From: Myxococcales bacterium
Lineage (GTDB): Bacteria > Myxococcota_A > Polyangia > Polyangiales > Polyangiaceae
Assembly (NCBI GenBank): GCA_043747615.1
Contig: JAYTOU010000060.1
Span: forward strand, 32,001 to 96,000
Direction: 5' to 3'
Length of the DNA: 64,000 nt
The first letter of the stretch is position 1; the number at the start of each line of letters is the position of its first letter. This document shows positions 30,740 through 39,499 of this stretch, piece by piece. The position numbers and the translations under genes are program-made. Below the pieces are notes generated by a model that was not told the DNA's origin, made no database searches, and was given only the letters and a program-made list of their open reading frames with translations.

Positions 30740-31612
30740 CCAGCGCTGCGGCCGCGCACGAAGATCACGCACCCCGAGCGAATCGCACCACGCCTCGAAC
30801 ATGCCGCGCGGAACGCCCTTCCATTCGAGGTCTGCGAGCGACTCCTTCAGCGGCACGTCGTCGATGAGCGTCGCCAGCGTTCGGTAGAGGACGGCGACCT
30901 CGCGCGACGCGGCGAGCACCGGAGCCAGTCGGTCGGCGCCGCGGACGCTTGTGGGCCACGAGCGCGGATCATCGGGGATCGCTTCGAGATGCACGAACTT
31001 CGCGAGGAGCGCGCTCGCCGTCTTCTCGCCAAAACCGGGCAGACCGGGGAATCCGTCAGCCGCATCACCCTTCAGCGCGAGCCAGTCGGGGATGCTCGCG
31101 GGACCGATGCCGCGGGTGGCGATGAGCGCGTCTTCGTCGATCTCTTTCTTTCTCATGCGATCGACCTGAACGACGCGCTTGCCCCGCACCGCCTGTCCGA
31201 GGTCCTTGTCGGGCGTCATGATCCGCACCTGATCGACCTCGTCCGTCCACCGGCGCGCGGCCGTGGCGAGCGCATCGTCCGCCTCCCAGCGATCCATCGA
31301 CCACACGGTGATTCCGAGCGCGCGCGTTGCCGCTTCGGCGAGGTCGAATTGGGCGAGCAGGGCTGGCTCGACCCCCTCTTCTGTTTTGTAGCCAGGGTAG
31401 AGGTCGTTTCGAAATGAGCGAATCGGATTGTCGAAGGCAACCGCTACGTGGGTTACCTTCTCGTCCGCGTCGTGCAGGAGAGCAAGGAGAGACCAAGCGA
31501 GACCCACCGCGGCCTTCACGTCGCGGCCGTCCGGCGCGGTGTGGCTGGGTCTTTTCGCGTAGTGCGCGCGAAATAGCTCGTACGTTCCGTCGACGACATG
31601 AAGGTATTTCAT
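30722..31612 (-). CDS. Stand-alone 5'-3' exonuclease/flap endonuclease (PolI N-terminal type)
   Basis: VDG...FRAHY, AFD, FRNDLYPGYK, EADD, DKDLGQ; H3TH GDAADGFPGLPGFGEKTA. Confidence 0.93.
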   Translation of the reverse strand: MKYLHVVDGTYELFRAHYAKRPSHTAPDGRDVKAAVGLAWSLLALLHDADEKVTHVAVAFDNPIRSFRNDLYPGYKTEEGVEPALLAQFDLAEAATRALGITVWSMDRWEADDALATAARRWTDEVDQVRIMTPDKDLGQAVRGKRVVQVDRMRKKEIDEDALIATRGIGPASIPDWLALKGDAADGFPGLPGFGEKTASALLAKFVHLEAIPDDPRSWPTSVRGADRLAPVLAASREVAVLYRTLATLIDDVPLKESLADLEWKGVPRGMFEAWCDSLGVRDLRARPQRWSAGTP

Positions 31613-32847
31613 CGAGCCAGTCTATCGAGGTGCTCGGCGACGTGCCGCGCGTTCATGGTCCCTTTGTAAACGTAGAGAGCGCCCGGTAGCTCGCCGTTGA
31701 GCACTTCTTCGCTCACCCGCAAACGCGAGCTCACCGCGAAGAGAATTTTTTCGACGAGCCCCGCCTGGACGAGCTCCACGCGCTGCCACACGGCGGCCCG
31801 ACTCCAGTAACCCATCACCTCTAGATAGATCCGATCTCGCGCCTCTTTGTCGCTACCTGTCCGCTCGAAAACCAGATCAGGCACGGTGAGGCCAACGCCG
31901 CGCAGCTCAAGAATTTTCGTGTTGGCCGAGACGCGCCAGCCGTTCTTGAGGAGACGGAATGCTCGAACGAAGGTCTCTACCTCGTCGGGGAGCGAGGGCT
32001 CCGCATGGGAAACCGAAGCCGCTCCACCGGCAAAGCTCGCCTGAAGGCCATCCAGACGAAAGACGAGAGGAGCGCGCTCCTTGCCCCAGCGAACGTCCGC
32101 CTCGAGACTCCACGCCTCGCATTCTTCGAGCGCGGGAAGCACGAGCGCTAGCTGCAGACCGTACTTGGTGATTGATTCGAACAGGCTGAACGGACCGTCG
32201 ATCACGATGCGGTGCCCGCCCTCGGTCTTGGTGATGGTGTGGAGCAGACGCAGGAACTTCAGCCGTCGGAAGAGCCCGCGGAGAGCACCTGGGGAGGCGA
32301 CCCTTACGTCGACGGTCACCTTCACGGCGCGCAGGAGGACGGCTTGCGCCTGGCCATGCTCGTACGCGGTCACCAGGGTCTGCGCGGATGGCGCCGCAAA
32401 GGAGAGAAGGACGTGCGCGCCCCGAAGATCGGCGAAGAGCGCTCCTTCGATCGTCTCGACCGTCACGCTTCGTTCCGAGGCGAGGCCGCGAACGACAGCG
32501 TCTCGATCGAAGCGTGCGCCGGGCGCGAGTGCCATCCGTGCTGCGCTCGCTCGGGTGAATACGTCTCTCCGAATCTCTTCGGGATCGAGGCCGTCTTTCG
32601 CATCGAAGACGCAGCGATCCTCGATGAGCTTGGCGAGACCGTCCTTCAAACGATGTTCGCGAGCACCGACGTCGATCGCGACGAGCGCGCCGTCGAGCTC
32701 CTCGCGCGTGCGTCCAACACACCCGGTGGCTGCGTCGAGGAGCCGCTCGGAAATCGCACACGCCCGCGCGCGCCCGTCTGCATCGAGTGACGCCAGGCGC
32801 AGCTCGTTTCCTCGGCGTCGGGCGCTCACGAGATCAGCGGTAAGCAC
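31609..32847 (-). CDS. DUF790 family nuclease (Bax1-like)
   Basis: MLTADLV N-terminus, LFADL, IDGPFSLF...KYG, PDLVF...LEVMGYW. Confidence 0.88.
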   Translation of the reverse strand: MLTADLVSARRRGNELRLASLDADGRARACAISERLLDAATGCVGRTREELDGALVAIDVGAREHRLKDGLAKLIEDRCVFDAKDGLDPEEIRRDVFTRASAARMALAPGARFDRDAVVRGLASERSVTVETIEGALFADLRGAHVLLSFAAPSAQTLVTAYEHGQAQAVLLRAVKVTVDVRVASPGALRGLFRRLKFLRLLHTITKTEGGHRIVIDGPFSLFESITKYGLQLALVLPALEECEAWSLEADVRWGKERAPLVFRLDGLQASFAGGAASVSHAEPSLPDEVETFVRAFRLLKNGWRVSANTKILELRGVGLTVPDLVFERTGSDKEARDRIYLEVMGYWSRAAVWQRVELVQAGLVEKILFAVSSRLRVSEEVLNGELPGALYVYKGTMNARHVAEHLDRLAR

Positions 32848-34195
32848 TGTGCTCCCTCCGCCGGTCGCTGGTGTACGTCTCCGTCGTCGCCTGCGTCACG
32901 AGCTCATAAAGCACGGCGCGCTTGTCTTCTCTCTTCCGCAAGATGCGCCCCAGCCGCTGCACGTGCTCGCGCACCGACCCGCTCCCGGAGAGGACCACGG
33001 CGACGTTGGCATCGGGCACGTCGACCCCTTCATTCAGCACCCTCGACGTCGCAACGGCGCGGTATGTTCCCTCCGCGAGCCCCGCGAGGATCGCGCTCCG
33101 CTCGCGCACCTTCGTCTGATGCGTGATCACGGGCACGAGGAAGCGGCGAGAGATGGCATACGCCGTCGCATTGTCCTGGGTGAACAAGATGGCCCGATCG
33201 CGCCGGTGCACATGGAGCAGATGCTCGAGGTAGTCGAGCTTCGCCGACGACGCGAAGGCAAGCGCGCGCTGACGTCGATACCCGATCATGGCCCTGCGCC
33301 CCTCCTCGCTCTGCGAAGAGAGCATGATGAACTCGCCCCACCCGGACGGCCGACTCATTCGAATCCCACGACTCTCCACGAAGGCGCGGTAGATTGCGCG
33401 TTCCGCGTCGTGCTCGGCGCGTTCTTCGGAGGTGAGCTCGATCGACACGCGCTCCGTCTCGTAGGCAGCCAGGTAGTCGCCGGAGAGCTCCACGATGTCT
33501 TTGCGATACGCCACGGGACCGATGAGATCACGGAGCGCCGCCTCACGCCCATCCGCGCGTTCGGGTGTCGCCGTGAGCCCGAGACGATACGGAGCCAGGC
33601 ATGCCCGCGCTGCAAGAGCGTACCCCGCGCTCGGCAGGTGATGGCACTCGTCGAACACCACCAGACCAAATCGCGCACCGAAGTTTTCCATGTGGAGGAA
33701 CGCCGAATCGTAGGTGGTCACCGTGAGAGGCTGGACGTCGTGCTCGCCGCCGCCCACAACGCCGATCGGCTTGCCGAAGGTCGCTCCGAGGAGATCGAAC
33801 CATTGACGGACCAGGTCGAGGGTCGGCGCGACGACCAACGTGCTGCGCTTTTTATCGTCGATGGCGAGAAGCGCGACGTGGCTTTTTCCAGCCCCCGTTG
33901 GCAAGACCACGAGCCCTCGCCCTCGCTGCGCACGCCAGGCTGACAGCGCCTCCGCTTGGTAGGGGCGTGGCTCGCGATGAACGCGCATCCCTTCTGCGAG
34001 CTGCAGATAATTTCTGGCGCCGTCTTCGAAGGGCATCTTGGAAGCTATGAGAGCGCGCACGACGCCGGCGTAGTGGACCGCCTCGGAGCGATGACACTGC
34101 GAGCGCTCGTCCCACGCGCAGCCAGGTATGGGCTCCGCGCTTTGTGCCAAGCCGCGAAGCTCGATGGTGCCGGACTTGAACGAGAGCGTGACCAC
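32834..34195 (-). CDS. XPB/Rad25-like SF2 helicase
   Basis: LPTGAGKS, FDECHH, LGLTATPER, LNEGVDVP, QRLGRILR, LYELV. Confidence 0.9.
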   Translation of the reverse strand: MVTLSFKSGTIELRGLAQSAEPIPGCAWDERSQCHRSEAVHYAGVVRALIASKMPFEDGARNYLQLAEGMRVHREPRPYQAEALSAWRAQRGRGLVVLPTGAGKSHVALLAIDDKKRSTLVVAPTLDLVRQWFDLLGATFGKPIGVVGGGEHDVQPLTVTTYDSAFLHMENFGARFGLVVFDECHHLPSAGYALAARACLAPYRLGLTATPERADGREAALRDLIGPVAYRKDIVELSGDYLAAYETERVSIELTSEERAEHDAERAIYRAFVESRGIRMSRPSGWGEFIMLSSQSEEGRRAMIGYRRQRALAFASSAKLDYLEHLLHVHRRDRAILFTQDNATAYAISRRFLVPVITHQTKVRERSAILAGLAEGTYRAVATSRVLNEGVDVPDANVAVVLSGSGSVREHVQRLGRILRKREDKRAVLYELVTQATTETYTSDRRREHSAYR

Positions 34196-34220
34196 GGCTT
34201 TCTGGCGCTGACTTTCTGTC

Positions 34221-35546
34221 TCAGGCCCCCGAGGGCCCCGGGGGTTCTGACTCGTCCCACCTCTCGAGCATGCTGTTGACGTCCTGCTCGACCTCCGACG
34301 CTGCGCGCGCTGCGGGCGGGAGCGGCGGGGGGCCCTTATTTCCAGCGGTAACGGGGTGCGCAGCTCCGTCGGCGACCGATACGTTGAATTCGGCGGCGCG
34401 CGACGCCACGGGTGAGGGCTTCTCGACCTGTGCGTGCCGGGCGAGCGCCTCTTTCGCGCGCACGCGACTGGACTCTAGCTCCGTTTCTGCGTGAAGGAGA
34501 CTTGCGAGGGCCGTTCGAACTTCGGCGAATGCTTCCATCTCGCGCTGGCGCTCGCCGCGTTCGTTGCGGAGCACCTCGTCGAGCCGCTCCGTCTCGCCGC
34601 GAAGGTATTCGGTGTCGACACGTGCACCTTGGAGATCGCGGCCGAGAGCGGTCACCCGTTCGACGACTTTACTCGTGGCGTCTTGAGCAACGACGGCCTC
34701 GCTCTGAAGCTTCTGGATCTGAAGCTCGAGGGGGATCCGCGCCATCTGTTCGCGCTCGAGCTCGACGGTTCGAGTTTCCAAGTCGGCTTCGACCGACGCG
34801 AGGCGGGATCGCGACTCGCCGAGCTTGCGTTGTTCGTCGTCGACTTTTCTTTGGAGGGTGACCGCGCGATCCCCGGCCGCACGTAGCTTCTCCGTGGTCT
34901 CTTCGAGCTGCTTTTTCAGCGTGACGCTGCTCGCCTCGGAGGTCTCGAGCTTGCTGCGTAGATCGACGATAGTTTGAGTGTGCTCGGCGTTGCGCGCGTC
35001 ATCGGCGCTCCCCTTGGCGGCGGCTTCGCGAACGCGACGATCGAGGTCAGCGATCTGATTCGCGTCTTCGGCCCGTTCCCCGAGCTCGACACCAAGCGAC
35101 CGCTGCACTTCGGCCAGCTGCGCGCGGAGCGCTTCATTCGTCCTGCCGAGCTCCTCGGCTTCGGCGCCCTGCGCTTCGGCAAACTGCGCATGAAGAGCAT
35201 CGTTGGCCCTCCCCTTCTCGTCGGCTTCGCGAAGTCGACTCTCGAGCTCCTCGATGCGATCGGCGTCTTCCACGCGGCCCTCGAGCTCGACGCCGTGAGC
35301 CCGTTGCGCTTCCGCAAGCTGCGCATGCAGGTTGGCGATCTGACGACGCATGGCCGAGGCGCTGTCGTCTTTCTTCGCGGGTATGGAGCTCCTCGCCTCC
35401 GTCTCTCCTTCTCCACTCTTCGGCGCGTCGACACCGGCGGGCGCACCCGAGACCCGCGGACGAATCGAAGGTCGTTCGGCGCGAGGGTCGACTCGGACGG
35501 TCAAGTTCTCCTCGACCATGCTCGGAGGGCGCTTTGTCTTGCTCAC
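34221..35546 (-). CDS. Long coiled-coil protein with internal repeat
   Basis: E/R/L/A heptads; duplicated QLAE.QR..GVEL..R.EDA..I..L..R.REA..KG segment. Confidence 0.75.
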   Translation of the reverse strand: MSKTKRPPSMVEENLTVRVDPRAERPSIRPRVSGAPAGVDAPKSGEGETEARSSIPAKKDDSASAMRRQIANLHAQLAEAQRAHGVELEGRVEDADRIEELESRLREADEKGRANDALHAQFAEAQGAEAEELGRTNEALRAQLAEVQRSLGVELGERAEDANQIADLDRRVREAAAKGSADDARNAEHTQTIVDLRSKLETSEASSVTLKKQLEETTEKLRAAGDRAVTLQRKVDDEQRKLGESRSRLASVEADLETRTVELEREQMARIPLELQIQKLQSEAVVAQDATSKVVERVTALGRDLQGARVDTEYLRGETERLDEVLRNERGERQREMEAFAEVRTALASLLHAETELESSRVRAKEALARHAQVEKPSPVASRAAEFNVSVADGAAHPVTAGNKGPPPLPPAARAASEVEQDVNSMLERWDESEPPGPSGA

Positions 35547-35636
35547 GGCTCCAGCGTAGCACCCGCGATGACGGTGCAGAATGCATAGCTTAGCGGCGTT
35601 CGGGCGGCATCCGTTCGTGGTATCTCAGCACGATCC

Positions 35637-36863
35637 ATGACCGACGTTCTTCTGCAGGCCGCGCTCCGTAGGCCGCGCCATCTCACCAACATCAAATACG
35701 AGATCCGCGGCCCCCTTGCCCGTCGCGCGCTCGAGATGGAGCGTCAGGGTCACGAGATCGTGAAGCTCAACATCGGCAACCTCGCCGCGTTTGGGTTTCG
35801 CACGCCCGAGGCGATGCGCCGCGCGGTCGTCGAGAACCTCGCGGATTCGGAAGCCTACTCGCACCAGAAGGGAATCTTCCCGGCGCGAGAGGCGGTCGTG
35901 GCCGAAACTCAGTCGCGCGGTGTGCGCGGCGTCACGGTGGAAGACGTATTCATGGGCAACGGCGTCTCCGAGCTCATCTTGATGTGCATGGAGGGACTGC
36001 TCGAGCCAGGCGACGAGGTTCTCCTTCCGGCGCCCGACTACCCGCTGTGGACCGCCGCGGTCGCGATCACGGGTGCGACGCCTGTGTACTATGCATGTTC
36101 TCCGGGCAACGACTTTCAGCCGGACCCCGAGGAGATCGCGTCGCTCGTTACCGACAAAACGAAGGGCCTGGTCCTCATCAATCCGAACAACCCGACCGGC
36201 GCCGTGTACTCGCGCGAGACGCTGGAGGCCATCGTGCGCATCGCCGAAAAGAACGCGCTCGTTCTCTTTTCAGACGAGATCTACGATCGCATCCTCTACG
36301 ACGCCGCGGAGCACATACCGGCCGCGACGCTCTGCCACGACACGCTGTGCGTGACGTTTGGCGGGCTCTCGAAAGTCTATCGCGCGTGCGGCTACCGGGT
36401 GGGCTGGGCGTACTTCAGCGGTCGAAAATCGCACGCAAATGAGTACCTCCAGACGCTCGAGTTACTCGCGTCGCTCCGTCTGTGCAGCAACGTGCCCGGG
36501 CAGTGGGCCGTGCAGACCGCGCTCGGCGGACACCAGAGCATCTACGAGCTCACGGCGCCAACCGGCCGGCTCGGTCGCCAGCGCGCAGCGGTGCTCACGG
36601 CGGTCGCGCGCTCGAAGCACCTGTCGCTCGTGGCCCCGAAGGGCGCGCTTTATGGCTTCGTCGGGGTGACGCGGGATCGGGCGGCGAACTTCAACGATGC
36701 GGCGTTCGCGATGGCGCTGCTCGAGAAGAAGAAGGTGCTCGTCGTGCCGGGATCGAGCTTCAATGTAAAGTACACTGATCATTTTCGCATCACGCTGCTT
36801 CCGGATGAAGAAACGATGGCCATGGTCTTCGGCCGCATCGAGGAGCTCCTCGACGAGGCGTGA
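35637..36863 (+). CDS. alaA: Glutamate-pyruvate aminotransferase (class I PLP)
   Basis: YEIRGP, KLNIGN, NPNNPTGAVY, SDEIYD, GLSKVYRACGYRVGW, RLCSNVPGQ. Confidence 0.88.
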   Translation: MTDVLLQAALRRPRHLTNIKYEIRGPLARRALEMERQGHEIVKLNIGNLAAFGFRTPEAMRRAVVENLADSEAYSHQKGIFPAREAVVAETQSRGVRGVTVEDVFMGNGVSELILMCMEGLLEPGDEVLLPAPDYPLWTAAVAITGATPVYYACSPGNDFQPDPEEIASLVTDKTKGLVLINPNNPTGAVYSRETLEAIVRIAEKNALVLFSDEIYDRILYDAAEHIPAATLCHDTLCVTFGGLSKVYRACGYRVGWAYFSGRKSHANEYLQTLELLASLRLCSNVPGQWAVQTALGGHQSIYELTAPTGRLGRQRAAVLTAVARSKHLSLVAPKGALYGFVGVTRDRAANFNDAAFAMALLEKKKVLVVPGSSFNVKYTDHFRITLLPDEETMAMVFGRIEELLDEA

Positions 36864-36931
36864 CGGCGAGGGGCCCCAGCATCGGCTAGCGGCCTTGCGA
36901 AGGACTGCGAACATCTCGTATAGCGGCTCGC

Positions 36932-38419
36932 GTGAGGAAGCGGTGCGGTCAAGGACGAAGCCGGGCGTGGAGGGCAGCTTGCCCTCTGGTCGCGCTGGGC
37001 GTGCTTCTCGTCTCGACGCGGGCGAGCGCGCAGGCAGCCCACCCTGCGGGTCACGAAGACGACGCGTTCGACGTCATGAACCTGCTCACCAAGCACGGCC
37101 TCCACGACATCCTGCACGAGAGCTGGAATGCCTACGGGCAAGTGACCTACATTTCGAGCTGGAAGGCGCCTTTTTCCGCGGCCTACACGAACGCGAACGG
37201 CAGCATCAATTCCCTCGTTCCAAGCGGCGAGCACAGCTACACGGGCACGGCCACGCTCTTCCTCGGGGCGAAGCTTTGGCCGGGGGCCGAAGGTTATTTC
37301 GTACCTGAGGTCATCGCGGAGCGGCCGCTCTCGCAGCTTCGAGGGATCGGCGGCGCCATCCAGAACTTCGAGCTCCAGAAAACCGGAGCGGCGACACCAC
37401 AGCTTTACCGTGCAAGGACGTTTCTTCGGCAAACGATCGGCTTTGGCGGCGCGCCTGTCGTGAAGACATCGGATCCGATGCAGCTTGGCGCGGTCGTCGA
37501 TGCCAGGCGGGTCGTGCTCACCGCAGGCAACTTCACGATTCTGGACGTGTTCGACAGGAATTCGATCACGGGTGATCCGCGGCAAACGTTCTTGAACATG
37601 GCCTTCATGACGTACGCCGCCTACGACTTCATGTCGGACGCGCGCGGCTACTCCTGGGGAGGGGTCGCCGAGCTCTATTACGACGACTGGTCGGTTCGCT
37701 TCGGTCGCATCACGCCACCCAAGAATCCCAACCAACTAGAGGTCGATTTCAGAATCGATAAGCACTACGGCGATCAGCTGGAAGTCCAGCACGACCACCG
37801 CATCCTCGGCCAGGACGGGTCCGTGAAGGTGCTCGGGTATCGAAACAGCGCCATCATGGGACGCTTCGACGACGCCATCGCTGCGTTCCAAACGGACCCG
37901 GCGAAGAACGCCACCACCTGCACGGGATACAACTACAGCTCCGCGAACGCAGGCGCCCCCGATCTCTGTTGGGCGCGAAAGCCCAGCACGAAGGTGGGGA
38001 TCGGAATCAACCTCGAGCAACACATCACCGCAGACATCGGCGTGTTCTTTCGGGGGATGGTCTCGGACGGCGAGAGCGAGGTCTTCGCCTATACGTCGAC
38101 GGACCGATCCCTCTCGTTCGGTGCTGTCGGCAAGGGCTCTTCGTGGCACCGGCCCTTCGACGTCGCGGGGGTCGGGGTCGGCTATGGCTGGATATCCAAG
38201 GCCCATGCCGACTACCTGCGGCTAGGCGGCGTCGACGGTTTCATCGGAGACGGAAACATCACGGCGGCTGCAGAGAAGGTCATCGATATTTTCTACAGCG
38301 TGAACCTCCTCAAGGCGGTCTGGCTTACCGCCGACTACCAGCACATCGCCAACCCCGCCTTCAACGCCGACCGCGGCCCCGTGAACGTCCTCGCCGGGAG
38401 GGTTCATGCCGAATTCTAA
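36932..38419 (+). CDS. OprB-family outer-membrane porin (MnoP-like)
   Basis: Signal peptide; GAKLWPGAEGYFVPE, YDFMSDARGYSWG, DYQHIANPAFNADRGPV, terminal RVHAEF. Confidence 0.85.
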   Translation: MRKRCGQGRSRAWRAACPLVALGVLLVSTRASAQAAHPAGHEDDAFDVMNLLTKHGLHDILHESWNAYGQVTYISSWKAPFSAAYTNANGSINSLVPSGEHSYTGTATLFLGAKLWPGAEGYFVPEVIAERPLSQLRGIGGAIQNFELQKTGAATPQLYRARTFLRQTIGFGGAPVVKTSDPMQLGAVVDARRVVLTAGNFTILDVFDRNSITGDPRQTFLNMAFMTYAAYDFMSDARGYSWGGVAELYYDDWSVRFGRITPPKNPNQLEVDFRIDKHYGDQLEVQHDHRILGQDGSVKVLGYRNSAIMGRFDDAIAAFQTDPAKNATTCTGYNYSSANAGAPDLCWARKPSTKVGIGINLEQHITADIGVFFRGMVSDGESEVFAYTSTDRSLSFGAVGKGSSWHRPFDVAGVGVGYGWISKAHADYLRLGGVDGFIGDGNITAAAEKVIDIFYSVNLLKAVWLTADYQHIANPAFNADRGPVNVLAGRVHAEF

Positions 38420-39398
38420 CCGGCTTGGTCGCGTCGCGCGCGCTCGCGGCCGAGTGATCGGGCTTGCCTGCGTCGTTGCGAGCTTCGTTCTGTGCCCGTC
38501 GAATGCGAATGCACAGCAGCAACCCCAGGGCTTCGCGGTCGAGCGCTTCTACCCCTCCGCGCCCGGTGGCGGGTGGATGGTGATGGACGATCTCGACATG
38601 CGCGGAGGCCTCGGCGGCGCGCTCGCGGTCTCGAGCGGCTACGCGCACAACCCGTTCCGGGCGACCGACGGCACGCAGCGCTTGAAGGTCGTCTCCGGCC
38701 AGGCCTTTGCCGATCTCGGTCTCGCCCTCACGTACGATCGCTTTCGCTTGTACCTCAACTTCGACGCTCCGCTCTCCGTCAAAGGGCAGAGCGGTACCGT
38801 CGGCGCCTACCGGCTCACCGCCCCGGGAGCGGACGTCGGCTCGAACCCCGACACCCTCTCCGATGCGCGGGTTGGGTTCGACGCGCGTCTCGTCGGCAGT
38901 GCCAAGAGCGCATTTCGACTCGGTGCCGGCGCGCAGATCATCGTGCCGTCCGGCGAGCGCGCCGACTACGTCACTGACGGCACCTACCGGATGATGGGCC
39001 GCCTCCTCTTCGCGGGCAGAAGAGGCTTCTTCACGTACGCCGGCCAGCTCGGAGTGCATGTTCGTCCGCTGAACGACGCGCCAGTGCCAGGCAGCCCGCA
39101 AGGGAGCGAGCTCCTCTTCGGCGTTGCGGGAGGACCGAAGCTTCCCGTGGGTGGGGGCGGCAAGATGGTCGTCGTCGTCGGACCGGAGCTCTATGGAGAA
39201 ACGGCGTTTCGCTCGTTCCTCGGCCGTACGGCGACAGGGCTCGAGGGCCTACTCACGGGAAGGCTCGAGGAGACGGGCGATCACGGACCGCAGCGGCGGA
39301 TCAAGCTCGGCGTTGGCGGCGGACTGAATCCGCACTTCGGCGCACCCGAATGGCGTTTCGTTCTGGGAGTCGAGGTCTTCGACCGCACGTTCCGCTGA
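38406..39398 (+). CDS. Outer-membrane beta-barrel protein (resembles N-terminal barrel of myxobacterial OmpA-like proteins, no OmpA domain)
   Basis: Signal peptide; GFAVERFYPS, amphipathic strands, GAPEWRFVLGV; overlaps the porin stop. Confidence 0.7.
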   Translation: MPNSNRLGRVARARGRVIGLACVVASFVLCPSNANAQQQPQGFAVERFYPSAPGGGWMVMDDLDMRGGLGGALAVSSGYAHNPFRATDGTQRLKVVSGQAFADLGLALTYDRFRLYLNFDAPLSVKGQSGTVGAYRLTAPGADVGSNPDTLSDARVGFDARLVGSAKSAFRLGAGAQIIVPSGERADYVTDGTYRMMGRLLFAGRRGFFTYAGQLGVHVRPLNDAPVPGSPQGSELLFGVAGGPKLPVGGGGKMVVVVGPELYGETAFRSFLGRTATGLEGLLTGRLEETGDHGPQRRIKLGVGGGLNPHFGAPEWRFVLGVEVFDRTFR

Positions 39399-39499
39399 CC
39401 GGGGACAGTTCTTGGGTGGCCGCGGACAGAGGCCAGAGCAGGATCGCTCGAGAATCATAGCTTCGAACGCATGGCACGCGCGGCGCAAAGGCGCTGGCG

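Noticed and set aside
32081..33943. Long antisense or alternate-frame ORFs (also 26659..28374, 44499..46076, 8569..10182, 21398..22798)
   Set aside because: Arg/Ala/Pro-rich shadow ORFs expected in high-GC DNA; they overlap genes with clear motifs
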